From a virus (Duplodnaviria > Caudoviricetes), in the IMG/VR virus record IMGVR_UViG_3300046804_004565, positions 1-56,353 of that record: a stretch of DNA of 56,353 nucleotides, one strand, 5' to 3'. The notes under the pieces were generated by a model that did not search any database, was not told the DNA's origin, and was given only the letters and a program-made list of their open reading frames with translations. This document shows positions 48,776 through 56,198 of the stretch, one piece after another (the stretch's first letter is position 1; each line of letters begins with the position of its first letter). The position numbers and the translations under genes were made by a program.

Positions 48776-49228
48776 ATGCCTATGGAAAATAAAGCTTATA
48801 CCCACATATTGCAGAAAAAAGGAATTCTAAAAACATTTCAGGTTGCAAAAGTTGTGAAAAGAAAAGACATAGACGAGTTGAAAGAGTTGGTGAAAAAAGT
48901 CGCGTCGGATGAAGAAGAGTATCATCAATTGTTGAAGGAAGAAATGGCGAAGATTTCGAATATGCACGATGTCAACAATCCAATACCGGGAATCATATAT
49001 GGTGACGATAGTATATCATCAAAAAGAAATATGATTTTCACGATATCTCAGAAAATCGCGGACAATCTGAAAAAGCAAAAATTCACCAAACAGGAACTTG
49101 CTCTGCTGATTTCCTCAGTCATATCAAAGTTGGACCTTGATCAGGAAGATTTCCAGAAATTGAACGAGGAGCTTGGCGAGGAGCTTGGAGAAGACGAAGA
49201 CGATGAAGAAGATGAAAGTGAATTTTAA
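48776..49228 (+). CDS. Hypothetical protein with acidic tail
   Basis: 150-aa ORF; TATTTAT upstream. Confidence 0.65.
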   Translation: MPMENKAYTHILQKKGILKTFQVAKVVKRKDIDELKELVKKVASDEEEYHQLLKEEMAKISNMHDVNNPIPGIIYGDDSISSKRNMIFTISQKIADNLKKQKFTKQELALLISSVISKLDLDQEDFQKLNEELGEELGEDEDDEEDESEF

Positions 49229-49872
49229 ATCACTTTGCACTTTTCGATAAAGTCGTCAACATACTCGTTTAGCACCGGATCAAAGATGATCTTGGACATA
49301 TCCGGTTCATCAACGTGAGGCCACTCCACAATGTGATGCGCCGCACCCTTGATCTTCGGATCATACTGGCGTTCAAATTCATTTGCCGGTTGAACAAACT
49401 CCTTATAGTTGACGGTTCCAGAAATGTCTCCATGTTGCTGATGTTGGCGTGTCCATACATATTTGCTGATATGACAGAGTTTGCCGCCCCACTCATCCTT
49501 CAACCACTGTAGTTCGTCAACTGGATACTGATCATATCGCACATCTGTGACGATATAGTAATCATAATTGCTGTTTACAATTTCTTGGCTGGCAAGATTG
49601 GTCCAGTATCTTCCATTAGTGCGTTTACGCTGCGCATCTCCATACCAAACAAGAAGAGGACGAATCAACGTCTTTTCTTCGGTTACTGGAGTAAACGCGG
49701 ATATTCCCAAGTAGGTTTTAAGAAACTCATCGCAATGCTGCTTAAGCGGACCAGCGAAGGAAACTTTCTTCACAGTCTTACCCGCCTGTTGAAGTTTCAT
49801 TTCCAATATGGATGCGAAAGTGTCTTTACCGGAGCGTGCAACTCCTCCCAATCCTATAACCTTTTTATTCAT
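49225..49872 (-). CDS. Deoxynucleoside monophosphate kinase (T4 gp1-like)
   Basis: GVARSGKDT P-loop, SFAGPLK, R.LL..YG, VTDVRY. Confidence 0.85.
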   Translation of the reverse strand: MNKKVIGLGGVARSGKDTFASILEMKLQQAGKTVKKVSFAGPLKQHCDEFLKTYLGISAFTPVTEEKTLIRPLLVWYGDAQRKRTNGRYWTNLASQEIVNSNYDYYIVTDVRYDQYPVDELQWLKDEWGGKLCHISKYVWTRQHQQHGDISGTVNYKEFVQPANEFERQYDPKIKGAAHHIVEWPHVDEPDMSKIIFDPVLNEYVDDFIEKCKVI

Positions 49873-49876
49873 AAAT

Positions 49877-50323
49877 TTAACACCAAGTGCGATGCTTTTC
49901 GGCTATCCACTCATCTCCGTCGTATTCCATAATTTGCCACTTTATATTAGATGGAATCTTGACAATCTTAAGGTCAGCAAAATTACCATTGGCTTCTTCA
50001 CCAAGCTCTTCAATGACTTCAATCAAGTCCGGATCAGTTCTGTCTTCTGGACGTTGCGCAAGATTATGTTTTCCGTAATCAAAATTATCCATATCAAGTG
50101 TACTTGACGCTATCCAAAATAGTCCAGTTGGATATCCATCTACTTTCTTGTATGTTATCTTTTCGTTTACACATGCTGACTCAAAGAAATAGCACTTCTT
50201 ACCTTTCTTCTCAGCGAGTTTCTCAATCGCCTTTGGAGAAAGACCAAATCCGCCGTAATCAGCATTAATGGCGACCTTGATATACTTACTTTTTGCCTTT
50301 TGACTTTTTCTTTTTGCTTTCAT
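49877..50323 (-). CDS. Conserved-looking phage hypothetical protein
   Basis: INADYGGFGLS, RTDPDLIEVIEELG, EYDGDEWIAEKHRTW; start set at MKAK. Confidence 0.7.
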   Translation of the reverse strand: MKAKRKSQKAKSKYIKVAINADYGGFGLSPKAIEKLAEKKGKKCYFFESACVNEKITYKKVDGYPTGLFWIASSTLDMDNFDYGKHNLAQRPEDRTDPDLIEVIEELGEEANGNFADLKIVKIPSNIKWQIMEYDGDEWIAEKHRTWC

Positions 50324-50618
50324 TATGAACAGATAGTACCACACTCATATATGAAGAGGAAGGAAATTTTTCCCCAAAGTTGAACTTTTTTCCATTGACA
50401 AAGAATGGTTTTAGCACTCTATCACCGTTTATGAAACTACGCTCAGTCTCAATATATCCTTGCGCCTCAAGTTTATCCCGAAGTTCAGTGAACTTGGGAT
50501 GGTCGATGTGGCCAATGGAAGTGCCTTCTATTCTTTCTCCATCCAAAGAATATAAGACAACGAGTTTTTCTTCCTTCACACTGGTTATATACTTGTTGGC
50601 TATTCTGAACTTTTTCAT
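50286..50618 (-). CDS. Hypothetical protein
   Basis: 110-aa ORF. Confidence 0.6.
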   Translation of the reverse strand: MKKFRIANKYITSVKEEKLVVLYSLDGERIEGTSIGHIDHPKFTELRDKLEAQGYIETERSFINGDRVLKPFFVNGKKFNFGEKFPSSSYMSVVLSVHNESKKKKSKGKK

Positions 50619-51103
50619 ACTTCAGTAAGTTCCTTGATTTGCTTCTCGTTATATCCGTATTTTGATATGATGTTTTGGATATCATCCTTTGTCAACAACG
50701 AAATATATTCAAGCACATTTCGTTCGCTGTCTTGGAAATGGGCGGACAAAAGCGACAACAGTGCGGGATTATATTTCTCGCTCTTGCTCTTGATATATGG
50801 GTAGAACGCTCGCTTCTTGGGCACGAATGCAATCAGCACCTTGTAGAAGTCCTTGGGAGACAACACACTGCTATATTTTTGAACTTGATTCACACCGTCA
50901 ATGAGTTCTGGTTGCATACTCAGAAATCTGCATACCATAAAGCTCGACCAACTCTTTTTATCAGCCTCGGAAAGCTTGTCAAAATAGTCAGGGTCTTGCT
51001 TTTCACGGATGTGATTGATGTGATCAAACAACCCCCTTGGTTTTGGGGCTGAGTCGGTTGCTGTTGACTTTTTTCTTGGCATTTTAGGATTAAACCCATA
51101 CAC
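50615..51103 (-). CDS. Clamp loader small subunit (T4 gp62-like)
   Basis: LFDHINHI, FMVCRFLS, KKRAFYPYIK, C-terminal YG; pattern recognised from T4-like gp62. Confidence 0.7.
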   Translation of the reverse strand: MYGFNPKMPRKKSTATDSAPKPRGLFDHINHIREKQDPDYFDKLSEADKKSWSSFMVCRFLSMQPELIDGVNQVQKYSSVLSPKDFYKVLIAFVPKKRAFYPYIKSKSEKYNPALLSLLSAHFQDSERNVLEYISLLTKDDIQNIISKYGYNEKQIKELTEV

Positions 51104-51287
51104 GTTTATCGTATTGCACGAACGTAGTCAATCCAAATCCGTTCTTGGCATTTGACCAAGCACCGGATTCATTCTTTGACGACGCTATCTTCGTGAATGG
51201 CAAAGCGTTAGCTGATGGCTTGGCCAAGTAAAACTTGGAACCAAGGGCCAACTTGCCAAATTCAATTTGTTTTGTTGTTTCGTTCAT
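51090..51287 (-). CDS. Hypothetical protein
   Basis: 65-aa ORF in operon. Confidence 0.5.
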   Translation of the reverse strand: MNETTKQIEFGKLALGSKFYLAKPSANALPFTKIASSKNESGAWSNAKNGFGLTTFVQYDKRVWV

Positions 51288-51609
51288 ATTTCTTTTCCTC
51301 TGCGGTTTTCGATTCCAATGTCTTTTCCATATTCAATACCAGTCTTCTGATGTCATTCTCGATTTTATGGAATCGCGACTGATACTCAGTCTCTTTCTTG
51401 TCCAGCTTGTCCGTTTTTACGGATTGTCTTTTTAAGTTATCAAATACAACTCTGAGTGTGTCTGTGATGGCATTTCCTGCCTCCGAAAGCTTTTTGTTAT
51501 GTTCGGATGACTTCTCGCCCAACATCTTTCCAAGTTTACGCAACTTGATTATCAAATATACATCAAGCCCGATCAACAAAGAAAGTATAATATAGACTAT
51601 TGTTTCCAT
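51262..51609 (-). CDS. N-terminal TM plus coiled-coil protein
   Basis: Hydrophobic residues 4-21 followed by heptads. Confidence 0.6.
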   Translation of the reverse strand: METIVYIILSLLIGLDVYLIIKLRKLGKMLGEKSSEHNKKLSEAGNAITDTLRVVFDNLKRQSVKTDKLDKKETEYQSRFHKIENDIRRLVLNMEKTLESKTAEEKKYERNNKTN

Positions 51610-51640
51610 AAAAAAGTGCCAAGATTATATGTCTTGGCAC
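51610..51640 (-). terminator. Hairpin with U-tract overlapping promoter TTGACA-N17-TATAAT (51624-51652)
   Basis: gtgccaaga-7nt-tcttggcac followed by 6 U on the minus strand. Confidence 0.55.
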
Positions 51641-51648
51641 AGTTGTTG

Positions 51649-52308
51649 TCAAGACGCGAGCATTCCTCTCACTTCGGTCACATTATCCAAGAAGTGAATC
51701 CAGCTTGGATGATGTGCGATTTGAATTGTGGAACTGACCGGTATCGGAGGCGGGGCTTTTGGCTTACGAATAAGTTTAAGACCTGCCTGATCTGGCGTCT
51801 TGTCTGCTTTTTTGCTATTGATATCTTTGTGGCACCACACCATATTTTCAAAGGTGTTTCTACCACCCTTGGTGCGCGGAATAACGTGGTCTATATTACC
51901 TTCCTTCCAGCTTAGTGCCTTACCTGTATACTGGCATATACCACCGTCGCGTTTGCGGATGCTTTCCTTGGTAGGACGAGGTGTGATAAGAGGCATCTTG
52001 CTGTAATTTGGCTGGATTATGACACGTGGCGCACGAATTGTCATATTCGATGTGCGGATAGCAAGGTCATAATCCCTGATAGGCAACTTCTTCCAAGTAT
52101 CCCAATCAACAGGCTGAACATACTCGGGATTATCCCAATCCACATTACCATTTTCATCAACCGCAAAATTCATATCTATGGCAAGAGCGGCTGGATTATT
52201 TCCATCCGATCCACCAAGCATAGCAATCAGCGCTTCCTTAACTGTCTTTGTGTTAAGAGCTTGCCATAAGCCGTTTAGGCATAAAACTGGTTGATTGACT
52301 ACATTCAT
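51649..52308 (-). CDS. HNH endonuclease (McrA-like)
   Basis: VLCLN, IRKRD..CQYTG, IDHVIPRTKGG, N....H..N..K.DKTP. Confidence 0.85.
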   Translation of the reverse strand: MNVVNQPVLCLNGLWQALNTKTVKEALIAMLGGSDGNNPAALAIDMNFAVDENGNVDWDNPEYVQPVDWDTWKKLPIRDYDLAIRTSNMTIRAPRVIIQPNYSKMPLITPRPTKESIRKRDGGICQYTGKALSWKEGNIDHVIPRTKGGRNTFENMVWCHKDINSKKADKTPDQAGLKLIRKPKAPPPIPVSSTIQIAHHPSWIHFLDNVTEVRGMLAS

Positions 52309-52361
52309 AATATATCCTTTACAGATATAACTATGCTCTACTTTCTATAATAAGTCAAGGC

Positions 52362-52565
52362 TTATTTTGATACAGGAATAACTTTATCTATTCTGAAGTA
52401 TGGATCAAAGTCCACTTCCATATCGTCGTCGAACAAAATGATGGTTCTATTGGCCTTGTGCAATACGTGTGTCACTTTCAGTTTCTTTTTGGTCGAGGAT
52501 ATAACGATATCCCCAACTTCAAGTCGCTTTGCAATTTTATCAATGTATACTGTTTTTGTTTTCAT
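52362..52565 (-). CDS. Small hypothetical protein
   Basis: AKRLEVGDIV; SH3-like beta pattern. Confidence 0.55.
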   Translation of the reverse strand: MKTKTVYIDKIAKRLEVGDIVISSTKKKLKVTHVLHKANRTIILFDDDMEVDFDPYFRIDKVIPVSK

Positions 52566-52577
52566 CTTAAATAAATA

Positions 52578-52769
52578 TCAATATTTTGTGGCAAGGTGCC
52601 AATAACCGCAATAGGTGCATTTGTAAGGTGTTCTATCCGAACGATATTCCATACGTATTCTTTTTGCATCACGAAGAGCATCACTGCGAGACACATAGTT
52701 TGTTTTAGTCTCACAGGATGCTTTGTGATGATTATTTGAGGACTTGGTATAAGATTTTCGTATAGTCAT
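52578..52769 (-). CDS. Small zinc-finger protein
   Basis: YKCTYCGYWHL. Confidence 0.6.
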   Translation of the reverse strand: MTIRKSYTKSSNNHHKASCETKTNYVSRSDALRDAKRIRMEYRSDRTPYKCTYCGYWHLATKY

Positions 52770-53844
52770 CTTTTCCTACGGGCTTGCCGTCAAGTATTTT
52801 GAATATTATGGCTGCTCTGCCTGTGCTTCCATATGCTTGCAGAATTTCCGCAGCGGCATTTTTACGAGGCATTTTTACACGAGCAGATGCGAACTCAAAT
52901 AATGCACCCATTATCTTATGCACTTCTTTCATAGCATCACAGATACGCGAGGCATGTCCAGTTGCCATTGTAGCAATCTCAAAGTCAAACTTTTCAGTAA
53001 GATACTCAAAGAATTCTGGATAGCCTGTTGGCTCATGTGATAATGTATGACGAGGCAGAAACCAATCAATGTAAACATCAATGATTTTGTCTATGCTTGA
53101 TACTTCCGACTTAAGCCTATGAAGCATGAGATAATGTGCAGACTTTATCTTTAGAATATATTGCTCATTGTTGTAATATAAGCAGATACCTTCCTTATCG
53201 CGCATATCTGCCACAGCCTTCTTCATATCTTCTATGCTGTCATATGAATATGTCTGTGGACGACGAAGTTCCATATTTTCCGCCAAAATGTTCAATGAAA
53301 CCTGCGATACGAGGTCATAATTATCGTGGTATATCACACCAATTAGAGCCATATCCGGTTCATTGCCGTAATCAAGCACGATGCGATTGGTGGGAGTCAT
53401 CCATTCAAAGATGTATGACTCCGAGTTCTGCACAGAGTCCAAGAAAGCCTTGAACTTCGGATACTTGTTAAGTAAAAAGTCAACTTCATTTCCGTTTGGT
53501 TGTGTGCGCACATCAACTGTTCCGCGAGTACGTACAACGAGATGTCCCTTATACTTTGAGAATATAAGTGTAGAACCATCAAGCTTTTCCATCAACTTAG
53601 AATTTTTCAAAGAAGCTGGGGTGGGAAACAAGTCCGGCTTCTCATCAAGGTTAAAAAACTTCTTGAATGATAATGATACAGGATTGCCTTCCGCATCCCA
53701 TAAAGAAGAACGAAATATAAGATTGTCCTTGTTCCACGCAGTCCCAAACGGCACAGGCTGAACAAGAAAACAATCGTATTCACCAACCTTGTGCTGGTGA
53801 ACCATAAAATTGGTTCGATCTATGGACTGGATGTCTATTTTCAC
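52732..53844 (-). CDS. RNA ligase 1 family (T4 RnlA-like)
   Basis: FKKFFN, EKLDGS (motif I), RTRG, FEW...NRIV, EGI, LKIKS..Y. Confidence 0.85.
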   Translation of the reverse strand: MKIDIQSIDRTNFMVHQHKVGEYDCFLVQPVPFGTAWNKDNLIFRSSLWDAEGNPVSLSFKKFFNLDEKPDLFPTPASLKNSKLMEKLDGSTLIFSKYKGHLVVRTRGTVDVRTQPNGNEVDFLLNKYPKFKAFLDSVQNSESYIFEWMTPTNRIVLDYGNEPDMALIGVIYHDNYDLVSQVSLNILAENMELRRPQTYSYDSIEDMKKAVADMRDKEGICLYYNNEQYILKIKSAHYLMLHRLKSEVSSIDKIIDVYIDWFLPRHTLSHEPTGYPEFFEYLTEKFDFEIATMATGHASRICDAMKEVHKIMGALFEFASARVKMPRKNAAAEILQAYGSTGRAAIIFKILDGKPVGKDDYTKILYQVLK

Positions 53845-53850
53845 AATGCC

Positions 53851-53878
53851 ATAATATAATAAGATGGCATATTGTCAA
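53851..53878 (-). promoter_or_regulatory. Promoter TTGACA-N16-TATTAT, -10 box 6 nt from GTG
   Basis: Near-consensus boxes; flanked by the inverted repeat atgccat/atggcat. Confidence 0.6.
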
Positions 53879-53909
53879 TAAAAATCCCACGGCTTTTGAC
53901 CGTGGGATT
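53879..53909 (-). terminator. Intrinsic terminator
   Basis: aatcccacgg-7nt-ccgtgggatt with U-tract on the minus strand. Confidence 0.7.
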
Positions 53910-53932
53910 GAGTTTTGTCAAGTATTTATTGC

Positions 53933-54142
53933 TTATTCAGCAATAGCGGAGCGCAGAGCGGCAACCTGACGACCATCAAGACGGATCTTGGTAAACTTAC
54001 CAGTCTCCGGATTGTTAGCAGAGAGAGTGAGATAAGTAGAAACACTCTTCTTGTTAGCCTTGGAGAAGTACAGAGCAAAACCATCGTTGATGACGGTTGT
54101 AGCTGTCTTCGCGCCGTTATGTGTATTTGTAACCTTTTTCAT
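53933..54142 (-). CDS. Small basic hypothetical protein
   Basis: 69-aa ORF followed by a terminator. Confidence 0.65.
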   Translation of the reverse strand: MKKVTNTHNGAKTATTVINDGFALYFSKANKKSVSTYLTLSANNPETGKFTKIRLDGRQVAALRSAIAE

Positions 54143-54205
54143 ATGTTTATGTTGTTTTGTTTTTTATTATTCTTATGTTGAATAAGATAAATACAAGTAT
54201 GCAGA

Positions 54206-55156
54206 TTATCCCACGATTGTCAATACCTTTTCGCGAGAAATCTTGTTAATTGCGATTTCTTTTAGTTTGAATTCGAAGTCAAGATGTAGCGGATCTTTGT
54301 GGTTCGCATAAATAGCAGGAAGCATCGTGGGAAAATCGGCGTGAGCACGCGGATTCTTGCCAGCCAGAGACTCGCTGAAATGGAACAACGGAACAACATC
54401 TTTCGGCCAAGTATTGAGGGCAAGATGGAATGCGTGTGAATCGGATTCCCCGCCACTATTACAGAGATGGTGAAGATTGTCAAAAGTAATGGGAATACCG
54501 GCACGCCTATAAACATGATTGTACAAGTTCACTACTGTCCAACTTCTCGGCTTGTCCTCGTTTTCAAGCACAAGACGGCTGCGAACAGACTCACTCATCA
54601 GTTGATATGATTCCAAGAATCTAATAGCGGCTTCGTCAAAGTTGCCATCATTCCAACAGTTCATATGGATGTTGATTGGTGCCTCATATGAACGAGGAAG
54701 ATCAAGCATATCCATGATCATAGCGTGTTGTTCCAAGTCTCTGATGGAATTCTTGCGAGTATTTGGATTGGGACTGGCGGGAACAACAAACTGGTCTGGA
54801 TGCATACTGCATCTGATACCATATGCTTTTATAGTGGCCGATGCGTCGTAAAACTCTGCAATAATCTCATCTGCATTATAGAAATCATTCACACCGAACT
54901 TGAGATCGGGATGTGTCATCAATGGGAACACATTGCTGCCAATACGATAGTTCCAGCCTTCCTTTCCACATTCTTTAAGAATAGCGTGGATAGTTCTGAT
55001 ATTGTTCAGCGAACGGTCAGCAAGAACCTTCATCGCCTCCTTCTTACCCAATTTCTTGTATTGGGCATATGTCATTACATTGAACTTGATCTTCTGCTCC
55101 TGCAATCCTGTATGGATGCAGCACAAAGATGGAGTAATATTAGATGGTAAAATCAT
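54206..55156 (-). CDS. uvsE: UV damage endonuclease
   Basis: YRIGS, SMHPDQF, INIH, RLVLENED, PITFDNLHH, FHFSE, HAD, EFKLKE; start set at MILPS. Confidence 0.9.
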   Translation of the reverse strand: MILPSNITPSLCCIHTGLQEQKIKFNVMTYAQYKKLGKKEAMKVLADRSLNNIRTIHAILKECGKEGWNYRIGSNVFPLMTHPDLKFGVNDFYNADEIIAEFYDASATIKAYGIRCSMHPDQFVVPASPNPNTRKNSIRDLEQHAMIMDMLDLPRSYEAPINIHMNCWNDGNFDEAAIRFLESYQLMSESVRSRLVLENEDKPRSWTVVNLYNHVYRRAGIPITFDNLHHLCNSGGESDSHAFHLALNTWPKDVVPLFHFSESLAGKNPRAHADFPTMLPAIYANHKDPLHLDFEFKLKEIAINKISREKVLTIVG

Positions 55157-55163
55157 AAAATAC

Positions 55164-55191
55164 ATTATGCACTATTTTGATAGTTTGTCAA
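55164..55191 (-). promoter_or_regulatory. Promoter TTGACA-N16-CATAAT, -10 box 7 nt from ATG
   Basis: Near-consensus boxes. Confidence 0.65.
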
Positions 55192-55200
55192 ATGGGCAAT

Positions 55201-55232
55201 AAAAAAGGACACCATTTACGGTGTCCTTTTTT
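55201..55232. terminator. Strong intrinsic terminator after the OMP gene
   Basis: aaaaaaggacacc-atttac-ggtgtcctttttt. Confidence 0.85.
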
Positions 55233-55251
55233 TAGTAGAACTGATTGTTTA

Positions 55252-55995
55252 TCAGAACTTTACGCTCAAACCACCGGAGACACCGTTGATGGTGTTACCA
55301 GCAGTGAATAGACTGTCACGGCGTTGGTAAACATCGGCGGAAACTGTGGCTCCCTTGATGTATGTAGCAACTCCGAGACCAGCAATGACGTACTGCTTGC
55401 TGTCTTTGAACGCGGCGATTGTGGCTGCGGTAGGATCATTGAATCCATATCCAAGAGCAGGAACGAGCTTCAGGCTATTGAAACCAAATGGCAATCTGAC
55501 ATTGGCTTGTAGATTGTTGGTGTGGTTCTTTAGATCGGCACGAGCCAATACATCCCAAGTGAACTTGGTGTTCTTTACACCACCGCTCAACTTAGCAAAT
55601 GGTTCTACGCTGCTGGCGTATCCATTGCTTTGGGCTGTCTTTGAAAATGTGTGGTATGTACCACCAAAAGTCAAATCAGCAAGGGGGGACGTGAACTTGT
55701 ATCCAATGTTTGTATCAATGCGCTTGAACAAGCCAGCGGCAGCAGTACTTGATACCGTGGTCTTTCCTACGGTAGTTACTGTCGTCTTGTCTTGCAAGGT
55801 ATTGAACGTTGTTACGCCAAGGACGAAGCCAGAAGCTTCCAATTCGGCACCAGCGATGAGAACGTTCTCAAAAACCAATGTACCCTTGTCGATATAGTTG
55901 GTTAGATACTTCGCATCAGCCGTAACGCCAACAGCGGCGTTTAGTGTAACAGCGGCAAACAATGCCGTAATTAGTGCTAGTAGTTTCTTTGTCAT
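55252..55995 (-). CDS. Outer-membrane beta-barrel protein (porin-like)
   Basis: Sec signal MTKKLLALITALFAAVTLNA; alternating amphipathic strands; C-terminal GLSVKF (beta-signal Phe). Confidence 0.75.
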   Translation of the reverse strand: MTKKLLALITALFAAVTLNAAVGVTADAKYLTNYIDKGTLVFENVLIAGAELEASGFVLGVTTFNTLQDKTTVTTVGKTTVSSTAAAGLFKRIDTNIGYKFTSPLADLTFGGTYHTFSKTAQSNGYASSVEPFAKLSGGVKNTKFTWDVLARADLKNHTNNLQANVRLPFGFNSLKLVPALGYGFNDPTAATIAAFKDSKQYVIAGLGVATYIKGATVSADVYQRRDSLFTAGNTINGVSGGLSVKF

Positions 55996-56048
55996 ATATA
56001 TTTTATTTAGTTTATTGTTATATACTTCACTTTCGTAAAGTATAGATA

Positions 56049-56076
56049 ACTATACGCTTGCGGCTCGTTTCGTCAA
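56049..56076 (-). promoter_or_regulatory. Promoter TTGACG-N16-TATAGT for the OMP gene
   Basis: Near-consensus boxes. Confidence 0.65.
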
Positions 56077-56139
56077 GAAAATTTTTGAACGTATATATTA
56101 CAAAAATGATAAATTTTATATCAGAAATAGTTTCTTGTC

Positions 56140-56198
56140 GGAATACTCTTGGCGTTACTCAATTGCAACCAACGTGAAGGTGGTATTCCCCTGCAATC
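56140..56198 (-). ncRNA. Minimal HDV-like (theta-type) self-cleaving ribozyme
   Basis: GAUUGCA-GG-GGAAUACC-ACC-UUCACGUU-GGU-UGCAAUU-GA-GUAAC-GCCAA-GAGUAUUCC. P1 7 bp with G1.U wobble; P3 ACC/GGU; L3 UUCACGUU; P1.1 UC/GA; vestigial P4; J4/2 G-C-C-A-A with catalytic C; P2 GGAAUAC/GUAUUCC. Confidence 0.88.
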
